Shown: positions 27,601 through 42,600 of the stretch, piece by piece
Numbering within the stretch: position 1 is the first letter of the stretch
Layout of the letters: each line of letters starts with the position of its first letter
Assembly: GCF_963676685.1 (NCBI RefSeq)
Contig: NC_092352.1
Span: 4,588,001 to 4,652,000, forward strand
Reading direction: 5' to 3'
DNA length: 64,000 nt
Source of the DNA: Mytilus edulis
Taxonomy: Eukaryota
Notes under the pieces: model-generated
Seen by the model: the letters and a program-made list of their open reading frames with translations, nothing else
Databases searched by the model: none
What the model was told of the DNA's origin: nothing
Program-made: the position numbers and the translations under genes

Positions 27601-30600
27601 GAAGTCAAAACTCGCTGCATCCAATCAAAATGCGCCTATAACATGATCACGTGTAAATGTAGAAAGTGTTTGTAAACAATTGCCACATGTTTTTTTGTGC
27701 AACAAGTCTTTACATCCCTAAACATACGACTATATTTAGTGAAAACTTAAATGTTTTTAATCAACAAATAGAAGTTCCTGTGTATGTTTCATGCACAAAT
27801 GCATGAATGTTGACGTATGTTTTCATTTCCGGCTTTACCAAGTGTGTAGAATCTAGACGCTACCGTGTTTTACCTCCAAATTGAAGAGTTCAAGTGCTAC
27901 CATTGGTCAAGAATGATTTATTTGGAATTGGCGTGATTTTTATCTTCCGATAGATGGCGCAACATTGTTATCAAAAATTTTGGCTCAATCCGCCAAGGGT
28001 GAAGAGAGCGGGAGTGGATCGTAACCCTTGGCTAGCGAAGATGCTTCTTAATAGACTTTTGAACATTTTTTTATATAAGCAAACAACTGTTGCCTCGAAT
28101 CTTATTCTCTCTGATTATTTTTCTGAATAAGTGGACGTAATTCGTACATTGAATTTCGAGCTTTTCATCCTCCTTCGGCCTTAAGGATTAGAGTAAGAGT
28201 GGGACATATTGATATCCAGATCTTAGATGAGCTTCCATAGTGGTATAATAACAGAATAAAGAACAATACATAACACATACGGCTGAGGAATTTGCGGTGA
28301 ATAGCTTGTTTCCGATAACTGTACCAATACTGTTAGCAACCTGGTCTAAATTCACAGTGGATGTTCCATCAACCACATTAGATGTTTCAACCAGTATCGT
28401 GGAAAAGTATGTCAATTGCTAAAATATATCAGAACATCTCTCAGTTATTTATAAACCGTTTATATGTAAGTAAAATCTTTAAATATTACATATATTTTGG
28501 ATATATATTTCAACACAAAGACAAATAAAGATTTATTCATATCATATACTACTTTGATATTGTATTCAAGTTACAATGCCTGTTGACAAAATTTTTCCTT
28601 AATGTTTTTATCATCAACTCTTATACGCAGATAATTTTCTATGTAATTATTTTTGTAAAATTGTTGGGTGTTTTTTCTCTCAAAAAAGTCATACACACAT
28701 AGCCATAGTATATACATGAAATGAACTACACACATTTTGTTTTGATTAGAGATTCAAGCTCGTAAAAATGGTTCCTTTTCCTTTTTTTTGGGAAGTGACA
28801 AATATTCAAGTAATGTGACATCGGAGGAACGATGACACCCAACTATGAACCCCATAGTTTTTTTTTTGGCTCAACTAATGTTTGGATTATTCGGTAATTT
28901 GTAAGTATATACATTTCCAATTTCTGGTCCTTTTGATTGTGATGGGTAATTGTCGTATTGGAATGTAATATATCTTACATCGTCTGTGATGGGTAATTGT
29001 CGTATTGGAATGTAATATATCTTACATCGTTCTTTTCAGATAATAAATGTTTTGGTCAGTTTTTAGAGACAACAGCTATTTTTTATACCCCACCTAGGAG
29101 CATTATGTGTTTTGGTCTGTGCGTCCGTTCTTTCGTTCGTTCGTCCGTCCGTTCGTCCGTTCGTCCGTCTGTACCGCTTCAGGTTAAAGATTTTTTGTCA
29201 AGGTAGTTTTTGATGAAGTTGAATTTCAATCAACTTGAAACTTAGTACACATATAAAAAAGAAGATGTGGTATGATTGCCAATGAGACAACTATCCACAA
29301 AAGATCAAAATGACACAGACATTAACAACTATAGGTCACCGTACAACAATGAGCAAAGCTCATACCGCATAGTCAGCTATAAAAGGCCCCGATAAGACAA
29401 TGCAAAACATTTCAAACGAAAAAACTAACGGCCTTATTTATGTAAAAGAAATGAACGAAAAAAAAAATATGTAACACATAAACAAACGACAACCACTGAA
29501 TTACAGGCTCCTGACTTGAGACAGACACATACATCAATAATGTGGCGGGGTTAAACATGTTAGCAGGATCCCAACGTTCCCTATGAGATGATCTTTCTAA
29601 TTGTAATGCCCCAATTTAACAGTCCACTGAACATAGATAATGATAGTGCGAGTGGGGCATCCTTGTACTATAGACACATTCTTGTTTATATAATATATTT
29701 TAAACAGTTGATTTAGAAATAGTTTCGAAACAGTTTATCTGACCTATATATATTATATATATATATTTCATTTTAATAAGAAATTGTTGTGAAATACAAC
29801 AATTTTCTATCTTATTGAGTAGCTGATATACAAACTTTTTTAGAGCTAGTTTAACAGAAAGTCATTAAAAAAAAACTTAAAACCAGCTCAATATATTTAC
29901 CTCTATTATATCATTTTGAGTTGTTACATCTCCGTAATCAGGATGTTCATACATATCCCACAGTTCATCAAATGTTTTTGTTACATTTGTTCCATCAGAC
30001 AGTATTTCTACCCCAATATTCACCCATTGTGCAGGTTCTGTATCAAATAGTGTTGTTGTTGTATTCTACAGAAATAAATTCCAACTGTAGAAACTGACAA
30101 TTATTTTGAATTTAGAATTGAGTCTTTTTGTGATATATTATTCTTGCATAATTCTATACTTTTTCTTATTGTGGTATCTTTCCATATTGTTTTTGCTAGT
30201 AACTAGCTCTGAATGTTAATGTTCATGTGAACATATACAACAAATGACAAACACAATGACAAACATTTCAGTAAACAGCGAAATTTGATACGGAAGGAAA
30301 TTTAAAGTTTTATATAAAATCTTAACATAAAGTAATAAAAACGCAATCAAATTGCTCACTGACGTTAGAAAAATAACATACCAAATCTGTGACGGGTGTT
30401 CCGGCTACCTCTGCATTCATGGCCACTTGTTTTACATTCCCTGTTTGCCAGTAATAATCCGTGCTGTCAGTCGCAGAATGTAAGAAGGATGATACACTAT
30501 TTTGGTCGGATGTGGTATAATTAGGTAAAACCTGAAACATGTCTCAGTATTATTTTTGTGTAGGTTAGAACTTTTCTGAGTGGATAAACATGCGATATCA

Positions 30601-33600
30601 CAAACTGATGAAGAATCAGAAAGTGAAAGAAGAAAATAACAGATATACTTTTATGTAAATGTAACTCAAACATATAATAGGTTAATTGGGGGAAAAATAG
30701 TTCAATACTAATGGTGCAGGATTTCTGAGGATCTAGGCTAAATACTATCTTTATTGGCGGGTTAGTATTGCTCAGTCTTTATTTTTCTGTTATGTGTATT
30801 GTAAACTGCTGGGGTTTTTTTCGTCGGTTTTCACTTTTTGCTATAGCGTTCCTAATTTCTCTGCGAGTTATTAGTTTAAATGTGTCCCCCATATCCTCCG
30901 CCTATTTTGGTATTTTTCTCCTTTCTGTTAAAATAGTTATGATTTGATGATTTGAGAGAGATTAGTATCTACCTAAACAATATGAAACTTATATGTGACA
31001 TGCGACTGATATTTTATTTTATTGGCAATTTGTACATTCTCCCTTTGATCTTACTGCCTAATATTTTAAGATCATGGACAGGACTTGATACTCAAAAATA
31101 TTAGGCACTGACTTCATTAACCAGTGTAGCAACGTCGCTGGTTCAGGTCCATCCGCATCAATTTATCAATGAAATGCACGCGACTTCATTCATACAACCG
31201 AAAAACAATCCCAACGTTTTGTACGAGTAAAAGTAGTTTTATGAACTATCCCATTTTACTTCATATTCTCAACAACAAATATGTACAATTAATATCAAAT
31301 TGCCGATAAACAGAATAATGGCATTTTATTTTTTGATACTGACTTCATCAGCTCGAATATCAGCTTGCCCTAGCTGATAAAGTCAGTATCAAAAACAAAA
31401 ATGCCATTAGTCTGTATGTCTTCGAATAAAACGATTAATATACAATATGTAGTCGTGCTATTGTCATACATACATAATTGTCGACTATATGTATAGTTGA
31501 CAATTATTTAAGTATGCCATGGCAGTCGGCAGGGTTTAAGAACATCCGTTGTTCGACCTGCTAGTTAAATGCGTTGTTTAAAATATACATTTTGGTCTTT
31601 TGGAAAATGTTGTTTGTGCTGTATTTGGGCCCCTCTACCTAGAAATTTGTTTATCATGCACACATATAAAAATTGCGGAAGAACAGAAAATTAGCAGATT
31701 TAACGTTGTTGTGCTAATATTTAGAGTAGTTATGAATATAAAATGTGTTTTCGGCCGTGTATCATCTTCACTGGTGATCCAAGGCATGGATCTGTCGTAG
31801 CGTCGTCACTTGTTTATACGAACTTATCAATATATACATATATATATTTCCTAATTTGTAAAGACAATGACTTCTACCCACCAAAGTCCAATATTCTTTC
31901 AAACGAGCATTAACTATGATTTTGACAAAAATTTAAATTCGATTTTCTTTGTTTCAAACGGAATTGTGAAAATAATATTTCGCAATTTGTAGTTAGTTTG
32001 ATTTAATTTCGTAAAGATAAGCTAACAAACATCATTATAAATTAATGGCTTGCAAGTCAATAATTCAACTCATTAGAATATGTATTCAACCGATCTTTAG
32101 TTTAACTATCGTTTATGTTTATGTCGATTCGATTGACAATCAGTATTCATCGGAGGTCATCTCGATGGTTAATACGATGGCGCTAGTCTAGAATAGCCAC
32201 GAAATGCTCATCCTTTCTAAAGGTGAAATGCTTGGAAATTATTTCTTTTGGAGTTTTTGTAATTTGAATATACGTTTTAATATGTCACAAATCAATTATA
32301 ATGAATAAAAGTCAAATCAGTGAACATGAATTTGACAACTAATGCCTCTTTAATCATTTTGTAAGCTAAAACATATAATAAACCTGTCCGATATATTATC
32401 TGTATTTCTATTTTGCAAATGATTTCGTGTAAATACCAATTTTTGTAAATTGGTATATACAAATATCTCTTGTTTGCTAAAAGCTGTCCAATACTATGTT
32501 TATTACTATGTGTCCATACCTGTTCGATGTTTTCGGTAATTGTAACGTGTTCTTTTTGTTTATTACTATGTGTTCATACCTGTCCGATATTATGTTTAAT
32601 ACTATGTAACCATACCTGTCCGATATTATGTTTATTGCTATGTGTTCATACCTGTCTGTTATTATGTTTATTACTATGTGTCCATACCTGTCCGATACGT
32701 TTATTACTATGTATCCATACCTGTCCGATATTATGTTTATTACTATGTATCCATACCTGTCCGATATTATGTTTATTGCTATGTGTTCATACCTGTCTGG
32801 TATTATGTTTATTACTATGTGTCCATACCTGTCCGATACGTTTATTACTATGTATCCATACCTGTCCGATATTATGTTTATTACTATGTGTTCATACCTG
32901 TCTGTTATTATGTTTATTACTATGTGTCCATACCTGTCCGATATTATGTTTATTACTATGTATCCATACCTGTCCGATATTATGTTTATTACTATGTGTC
33001 CATACCTGACTGATAGTTTTGATACATTCTGCACAATCGATAGCATACCTGTCCGATATTTTTGGTACATTCTGTATAATCGATACATACCTGTCCAATA
33101 TGTTTGGTACATTCTGTATAATCGATAAAAATATCATAGATTTGTATCTTTATTGTAACATCATAACCATCTGTCTCAATACCAGGCTTTATTTTGATGT
33201 AATTCTCTTCCTCTGCTGTAATCAAATATTAAAGTTGCATTAGCTAAGAGTATGGCAATAAATATATAATATATAAATTAACAACAATGAGCAAAACCAA
33301 TACCACATAGTCAGCTATAAAGGCCCCGAAATAGTAAATGTAAAACAATTCAAAGGAGAAAACTAACGGCATAATTTATGTAAAAAACAATGAATGAAAT
33401 GTGGCGGGGTTAAACATGTTAGCTAGTGACTAATCCCTACCCCAAACTGGGATAGTGGTGTAATAGTTCACCATATAAAAAAACTATTAAAAGTCAGTTG
33501 AAAAGGGCTTAACTCGTCAGATTGATACACAACACAGAACGGACATGGCATGGTATTTATACATCCCTACAGCACAAACACACTAATTACTTTCATGTTC

Positions 33601-36600
33601 TTCTTCGCTTTAATCATACGAATATAAAAAGTGTCTTAATAATACATAAATAAAACAAAAAGCAATTTGGGATGAGAAATTGTACTGATCAGTAAATTTT
33701 TCTCCACAAGAGAAAAGGCGCGAAATCTGGATATATATGTGTGAAAACCGAATTACTGATTTCATATGCGAATATTTATACGCCAAATTAAGAAATGAAT
33801 ACCTGAGAGTATCCGCAGTCATTGACAGCTAATTATAACTAATAAAAAAAATGTATCTAAGACTACAGTATTTATCAGTATACATCCAACACTCATACTA
33901 TTTGGTCTAAAGATGGCATTAACAGTCAGAGAAAAACATGACCTTGTGCCATGCCAAAATACAGGTATCGACAGATTATAGGACCATGAATGTACATATA
34001 GATGATATATATATATATGTATATAACAATGATATTTGTTTGGTTTTAATTTATTGATCACATAATCAAAATTTATTCCAATACAATAATGTTTAAAGAT
34101 CTAATTACACTGTTGAATTGGTAACCTTTAAGAATAAGTTTATTTAAAGGATCGATTAGTTTACCCGGGTCGCATTTTAATTTCCGGGCTCGGTTAACCA
34201 CGTCCCCGTATTATGTTGATATGTGATGAATCAGAAAGCTGTAATTTGTCGTTGCTGATAAATATGTAAAGGAAATTCAATGGAAAGACGGACGGACAGA
34301 TTGACGGACTGATTGACATGGGTAACACAGATTATATTAAACTCTTCCAAGAAGGGAATATTATCTCGACCAGTTTGGTTCACTTTGGCCAAAATAAGCT
34401 AATCAATATCGTAGATATGGTTTTGTAGGCAACAATTCGACCTTATTTGGGTCTGAAAAGTTTACGCTTAATTGATATTTGTTTTGCATGGGCTCAGTAG
34501 TGATATTTCGATAATTCAGCTGTTAAGGGAATCATCAGTTGAACTATTTTGCTGACTATTGGTGCACGAACAAAAATCATTTTTATTTAGATAAATGATT
34601 ATTTACATATTACTAGAACACACCCGCGAAATCGCGGGCATTCAGGGCGTAGTTTATAATAGTATGTAAAGTGTTGTTGGAAGAATTATGTAAAATATTG
34701 AATGACTGGAGAATTTCAGCAAAAGTATCATAAGTCAAAGGTTATGGGGGACAGGAAAATGTTTTTTTTTTTTTTTTTATCCCTCCTCCTTTATTTCCAA
34801 AATTCCCAATTTTGGTTTTCTATCAATTTCAATATGAACATAATACATTTAGTGGGGAATTTCAGCAAAAGTATCATAAGTCATAGGTTATTGGGGAATG
34901 TTTTTTTGTATCCCTCCTCCTTTATTTCCAAAATACCCAATTTTTGGTTTTCTATCAATTTCAATATGACCATAATACATTGAGTATGTTATGAACATTT
35001 AAGTAAGGAGCCTGTAATTCAGTGGTTGTCGTTTGTTTATGTGTTACATATTTGTAATTCGTTCATTTTTTGTACATCAATAAGGCCGCTAGTTTTCTGG
35101 TTTGGATTGTGTTACCTTGTCAGTTCAGGGCATTTAAAGCTGATTATGCGGTATGGGCTTTGCTCATTGTTGTCTTGAAGGTCGTACGGTGAACTATAGT
35201 TGTTAATTTCTGTATCATTTTGGTCTCTTGTGGAGAGTTGTCTCAACATGGCTATCATACCACATCTTCTTTTTTTGTAATCAATGAATTTTGTAAAAGA
35301 TTTAATAACTGGAGAATTTCAGAAAAGGTATCAAAAGTTTACATGAATAATTTTAGCGCTTATATAAATCTGTATATTATGAACATTCATTACTATATAA
35401 ATATAGTGTATTTACTTTCAATTTTAAGTTTACTAATCGATCCATGGTGGTCATTGATATAGTATATAGACCCTCTCTATTAAATAAACTATGTGACCGC
35501 CGTGGATAGTAAACTTGAAAATGATAGCAGATAGAATTCTTAAAATACAGTATACAGAAAAACGCAAACCGGAAGTCTAATCAGACTTAAAATTTCGTCC
35601 AATGACGGGACAATATCCGGTTGCCTTTTTTCTCGTTTTTCTCCCAAAATAACTCAATCTGAATAATCATATGAATGGATGACAAATGCGACTATGCACT
35701 GTACCTATAGGACACAGAGGCGTGTTGATTAATTTATTGTGGAAAGAAGAGAAGCGACACCAAAAATGAGGTCTTCTCGTTTAATAGTACAGTCAAACCT
35801 GATTAAACCGGACCCTGAATAAACCGGTTTCCTGTCCATTCCGGCCGAAAATGAAAGTCCCATATTTTTCCATTCAAAGTCTTTGTTAAAATACCCTTTG
35901 TAAACCGGACCCTGTGTATTCCGAATTCCGGTCTAATTATGAAGTCCCAATACTTTTAATTACATTAATTATTACCTGTCAAAACCGGTTTGTCTAATTA
36001 ATTTTAATGATCGATATGCAATCAAATCATATTTGTTTATACAATATGGCTTTTCGTGATAATCAATTAGTCAAGTGTCAAACTGTGAACCTTCAATCGT
36101 ACAGTAGTGAGCTGTATTATTTATTAAAAACATTATAAACGTGTCAATTAAACGAAAAGACACACCGAATATATCTCGGATTGAACTTACGTTTTAACTT
36201 GGATAAACAAATTAAAATCGCGGAGTAAGAAGTTCACATCATGATTTCGAAATCCTGGGTTCCCTATTGTGAACCCCTAAACAAATGACCTTGCTAATGA
36301 AAAACACCCGGATGACAACAATCAATGTATATTGTACACTGTACGACAACGTTTCGAAAGTGATGAAATTACGTTTGATAATATTCTGTCTTTTTAATCG
36401 GCCATTCCAACATTTCAAATTATTGATCATGAGAGTAAATCGAAACTCTCGTCTTACAATCCAAACAACGCGAGCATTATGATGCAAATGCAAACGATGA
36501 AAAACGAAGTGAAAGTATTTTAATTTATCAGATATAATTTACAATCAGAGAAAACTTTTCCATGCAAAATGTCGGACGTCACAAGTCATTAACTTCCGGT

Positions 36601-39600
36601 CAATACGGAAACCTGAATAAACCGTTTCACTGTCCAAATCGGCCCTTTTTCATAGTCCCGTAGCCGGCCGGTATTTACAGGTTTTACTGTATAGATTTGT
36701 TAAATCTAAGAAACTATAACCACCGTTAGGTAAAAATGAAACTGTATTTTTTTTTATCGACAACTTTGAAACTAGCAATCGTGTTTATTTGAAATGACAT
36801 TTTTCACTGAGCAGAACCTAAACAACTTACTTTTAAGTTGATTTTATTCGAAATTAACTTTAGGGTTATACAACTTACAACCATAATATAGGAGAGTCTC
36901 TTTTCCTTCGGAATTCGTCTGCACTATTCGATAATTCAGCTGTTCTTTCCAGTCATAACTGATGTCAGTTGATGTTCGGAATCCTTCGTCATTCCATCCG
37001 TTTGTTGTTACTTTCTTTTCCCCTAAAATGGAAAAGATAAAATATTGTCCGCTGGAATGAATTTTTTGACAATAGATTAGGAGTTGTGGTGAGGGGTTGG
37101 GGTGAGTCTATTTGATACAAAATTATGTTATAAATTTAAGAATTATATGTCAAATATCAAATTAAAAAAAAACGATCTACTGATCGCTGACTCTAGTAGT
37201 AAGCTGGTGGGCTCGGGTCAAATCAAAGTATTGAACATTGATAATTTCTACTTCGCCTCAAGCATGCGACATTTTGAATTACTACCATAGTCATTATACC
37301 GTATCAGAGTATAACTAAATGTATTCTGAAGGACTGCAACCTTATGAACTAGGATGTTAATGAAACGGCTCGGGATGTCGCTCTAGTACAAACAGGGATC
37401 ATATTTAAATAACATTAACATTAACATGCTAACGTCCAGTATGTGCATTCAGCTTGCCACTAAACATAACACATTCATCTTCCATCTATCTTATACAAAA
37501 TAAGCGGAAATTACAATTATAGATTATAGTTAAATTAGAATTATATAGGAAACAGAGTTCTTATTTTTTCCCAAAATAGAGTTAAATGAATATATATTCC
37601 GATAAAACAATATAAATTCGTTTTCCATGTTTGTAGCAATAGCTCTAAAAGATAGCATTATCACATTTTCGTCTAGCATTCTAAATCAACTTTTAGAAAA
37701 TTACTTCAAACTGAATTATAAGCCATGAATACCTTACTAAAACACATTCATTCATGATACTATGGGTCCGCTTTTCGAACTTATTCGTATAGTATGAGAA
37801 ACTTTAGAACTAGCATATAGACCATCGTCAGAAATGTCTCAGACTGAACATTAAAACTGTTTTAAGATAGTCCTCATCGAAAAGTTACCAAAGGGTCATA
37901 TAAGCTCATAATCGGTGATAAGTCCATTTTGGGGATGTCACATTCGGGGGAAAGAGAACGGAAATGATGGTTAGGACAACCGCCATTTTTGAAACAGACA
38001 TTCCATAACGCTCAACAATCTCGTGATGGTGTCCCTAAAATTTTCTAAAGGATGATCTCAACATCTTGCTTTGTTAGAAAGTATGGTATCATTGATGTTA
38101 AAATTGCTGTTAATAGTTTAGAAACATTCGGGAAGTTTAGCCAAATCTGCCAAAAATCAAAAGTATTAAAACGAATTCAGTAAGCAACAAAGCCCATCTC
38201 AGACAACTTACCCCAGATTGCATCCTCAATCTCACAAGACCCTCCATACGGTAGTATATTAGTATTAACAATCCAAATACTAATGCTCGTCTCTCCTGTT
38301 TCAAGCTGCATGTGAGCCTCTATGAGGTATCCTGCTTTAGCATTTAAAACATTGGCTTTCATAACAAATGCATTGGTTGTCGTTTCTGAGAATACAATAA
38401 TATAAAGCATTTACATTTGATCAGTTTATGATAGATTTATAAATGATTTGTTAATAAGAAGATATAAATATCGTTATGAATTTCACGTTATTGCTAGTAT
38501 ATATTTAATTAAGCATAGAGTTAGGTTGCAATAAAAGTAAAATAGCAAAAATACCAAGAAAATTCAAAATGGAAAGTTCTTTATCAAATGGCAAAATTAA
38601 AAGCTCAAACACATTTACAAATGGAAAACAACTGTCATATTCCTGACTTGGTACTTCAAAGACAAGAATACCAAAAATAACTATGGCATAATACAACAAA
38701 GGTGGAATGGACAACTACCGCGTCAAGCCAAAATTATATTACAAAAAAATGGATTAAACAGTAAAAGTTAAAAAAAGAATGAAAGACAAATAAAAAGACT
38801 ACTTTAAAACGTAGTTAAGATGATAAACAACGTCAGTACCTAGAATCTATACTTCAAGATCATCATGTATTATTAGTGAAGTTGACACGGAATAGTTATC
38901 AACAAGGTCTTTGTATCTTCCGGTGAACTTTTTTAGAGAAAGGACGAGACGCGTTCTTTGACATACTACTGGTTCATACAATTTCTGCTCAGATATTGAT
39001 GACGTTTTATAGTCTGAGTAGCAGGTGAAAGCTCTTGAATACCGAATCAGTTGGGACATGTATATCCCATATGATGTGAAGTTGATAGATTGCTGCTAAG
39101 GTGAAGGTGGGGAAAATTTATATCTTCAAAATTAACGTCGTCTCGTTATTCATAGATTATGGAACTTATAAAACCGCGGAATCCATTTCCCATGTGTGTT
39201 TAATGACATTTAAGCAAAAAAAAATATTGCGATAAGTTATAGAGGAAACTCTAACTGACTTATTCATTGCACTCGAACTGCAGATATTCCTTAAGTATTG
39301 TTTTATCACATTTGTTCTCATCTTCAATATAAACGAAATATATGTAAATTGGTGTTCCTCAATCTTGGCTTCTTTTTTTACGGCTGAGTTTAGCAATGAC
39401 GAAGATAGAAGCCAAGGGCGACACCAACGTGCGCTTAATTGATTCGTATTATGTCGACAACCATAGGTGCTGATAAACATTATTCTATCAACATTGGTCT
39501 AGTACTAGCAATGAATGAGAAATAACATTTGACTACCATTGAGTATAATTTATTATTAGACTACAACTGAGCATGTAGACTAATTGGAACTGCGAGAGAA

Positions 39601-42600
39601 AAGGTACCATGGGAACAATAAAAACAAAACTTAAGGACAACAGTCAAACCCTTGAAAAAAACGACAAAAAAAAAACGACCAAGTAAACTTTTTACTAAAG
39701 ATTAATCAGCATGCCCACAGAACAACTCATGCCCACAAATACACTCAACAGGAAAGAATTCTTTCCTGCGCTACTGACAACCGTCATTCCTTGATGTATC
39801 AATCAATAACAAGCTATATGCCAAACCATGGGCCATCGAAACGTATTATTAAAATAAGCTCAGACATAAATAAGGCCGTTAGTTTTCTCGTTTGAACTGT
39901 TTTACATTGTCTTATCGGGGCCTATTATACCTGACTATGCGGTATGGGCTTTGCTCATTGTTGAAGGCCGTACGGTGACCTATAGTTGTTAATGTCTGTG
40001 TCATTTTGGTCTTTTGTGGATAGTTGTCTTATTGGCAATCATACCACATCTTCTTTTTTATATTTATATATCAATTAAAAACACTTATAAATGTATTGGA
40101 TTTAAATCAAATTAAATGCCTAACTATAGAAATTAGGAGATAACTGTATTGTATTTTAAGCTTGGTCTTCATAAAACGTAGATTTTTCTATCGCAAATTG
40201 AATTTAACTAGCGACACGCAGCGGAGCTAGGTAAACAGACATTTGCGACAGTAAAATCAAGTTTTACGATGGCCAAGCTTAAAATACAATATAGTTATCT
40301 CCATTATAATGCCACATATAAATTAAATTCCATTTAATGAATATTTTGACTCAAAATTGCCATGAATGAAAAACTGCGAAACTGTTGCATCACCTTTAGC
40401 ATTTAGACAATGTGACGTCATATGTATAATCCGGATGTCAAACATAAACACTAGATGTATTTATACTTTTCGTACGCTTCCGAATGGTTTCAATATTGAC
40501 AAAAAGAAGATTTTAAGGCGTAAAATGTGACTTTCTTGTTCAAAATTCAAAAGGGGGCTTTCTTAGTTACGGACTGGTGAAACTTAGAATATAACCCCAC
40601 AAAATATTTATCAACGTCTAATGAAAATTATTAGAATATAGGATTGTCCAACAGGCTTAATCAAAATGTATTTAAAGTGTTTATCTAGCAGATGTTACTG
40701 CCCCATAGTTTTAATCAAAGTAGCATGTGTGGAAAAGTACCTGTCCGACAGATTAATTCAAATTGTCATCAGAAAGTCAATGTCTAACAGTTTTAATAAA
40801 AGTGTCATCTAACAGAAAGTGAATGTCTAACAGTTTTAATCAAATTGTCATCTAACAGAAAGTGAATGTCTAACAGTTTTAATCAAATTGTCATCTAACA
40901 GAAAAAGAATGATTAACAGTTTTAATCAAATTGTCATCAGAAAGTGAATGTCTAACAGTTTTAATTCAAAGTGTCAACTAACAGAAAGTGAATGTCTAAC
41001 AGTTTTAATCAAATTGTCATCTAACAGAAAGTGAATGTCTAACCGTTTTAATCAAATTGTCATCTAACAGAAAGTGAATGTCTAACAGTTTTAATCAAAT
41101 TGTCATCAGAAAGTGAATGTCTAACAGTTTTAATTCAAAGTGTCATCTAACAGAAAGTGAATGTCTAACAGTTTTAATCAAATTGTCATCTAACAGAAAG
41201 TTAATGTCTAACAGTTTTAATCAAAGTGTCATCTAACAGAAAGTGAATGTCTAACAGTTTTAATCAAATTGTCATCTAACAGAAAGTGAATGTCTAACAG
41301 TTTTAATCAAATTGTCATCTAACAGAAAGTGAATGTCTAACAGTTTTAATCAAATTGTCATCAGAAAGTGAATGTCTAACAGTTTTAATTCAATGTGTCA
41401 TCTAACAGAAAGTGAATGTCTAACAGTTTTAATCAAATTGTCATCTAACAGAAAGTGAATGTCTAACAGTTTTAATCAAATTGTCATCTAACAGAAAGTG
41501 AATGTCTAACAGTTTTAATCAAATTGTCATCTAACAGAAAGTGAATGTCTAACAGTTTTAATCAAATTGTCATCTAACAGAAAGTGAATGTCTAACAGTT
41601 TTAATCAAATTGTCATCTAACAGAAAGTGAATGTCTAACAGTTTTAATCAAATTGTCATCTAACAGAAAGAAAGTGAATGTCTAACAGTTTTAATCAAAG
41701 TGTCATCTAACAGAAAGTGAATGTCTAACAGTTTTAATCAAAGTGTCATCTAACAAAAAGTGAATGTCTAACAGTTTTAATCAAATTGTCATCTAACAGA
41801 AAGTGAATGTCTAACAGTTTTAATCAAAGTGTCATCTAACAAAAATTTATTGCCTAAAAGATTTTATCAAAGTTGAATCCTATAAAAAGTCACTATCGGA
41901 CAGTTTTTTTGTTATCTGTTATCTAACAGAAAATGACGATGAGACGGGTTTAATCAAAGTGTTATCTAACAAAAAATGACTGCTGACAGATTTTATCAAG
42001 TGTCATCCAACTCGAAGTTATTGTTGACAGTTTCAATCAAAATGTCATCAATTAAAAATTGATTATTTAACAGATTTAATTAAAAGTGTTATTTAACATG
42101 AAATGACCAGCTGACAGATTTAAACAAAGTATCATTGAACAGTAATTGACTGTCCGACAGTTTTTATGTATGTGGCATTGAATAAGATGTCACTGCCCGA
42201 AAGATTTTTTGAAATTGTAATCTAACAGAAAGTAACCGTCCAACTTATTTAATCAAAGTCTCATTTTTTACAAGAATGGACTGCCCGACAAATTTGATTA
42301 AAGTGGCACACTGTTCAAAGTCACTGCCTGATATATTTATTGAAATTGTTATCTAAAAGAAAGTGACTGTCCAACGGTGTAATCAACATGTCATCTATCT
42401 AGACGTGACTGCTGACACATTTAATCAAAGTTTCGTCTATCACGAATTTACTGTCCGACAGATTTGAAAAAAAGTAATATCTTGCAAGAAGGGAGTGTCC
42501 GACAGATTTATTCAAAGTGTCATCTTCATTTACTAAGAAGTGTCTGCTGACAGATTTTATCAAGTGTCATATAACTAGAAGTGTATGCTGACAGATTTAA

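Noticed and set aside
32470-33137. Cys/Tyr-rich repetitive ORFs in several frames
   Set aside because: Artefact of 36/33-bp units lacking stops; only 33091-33215 fits the gene.
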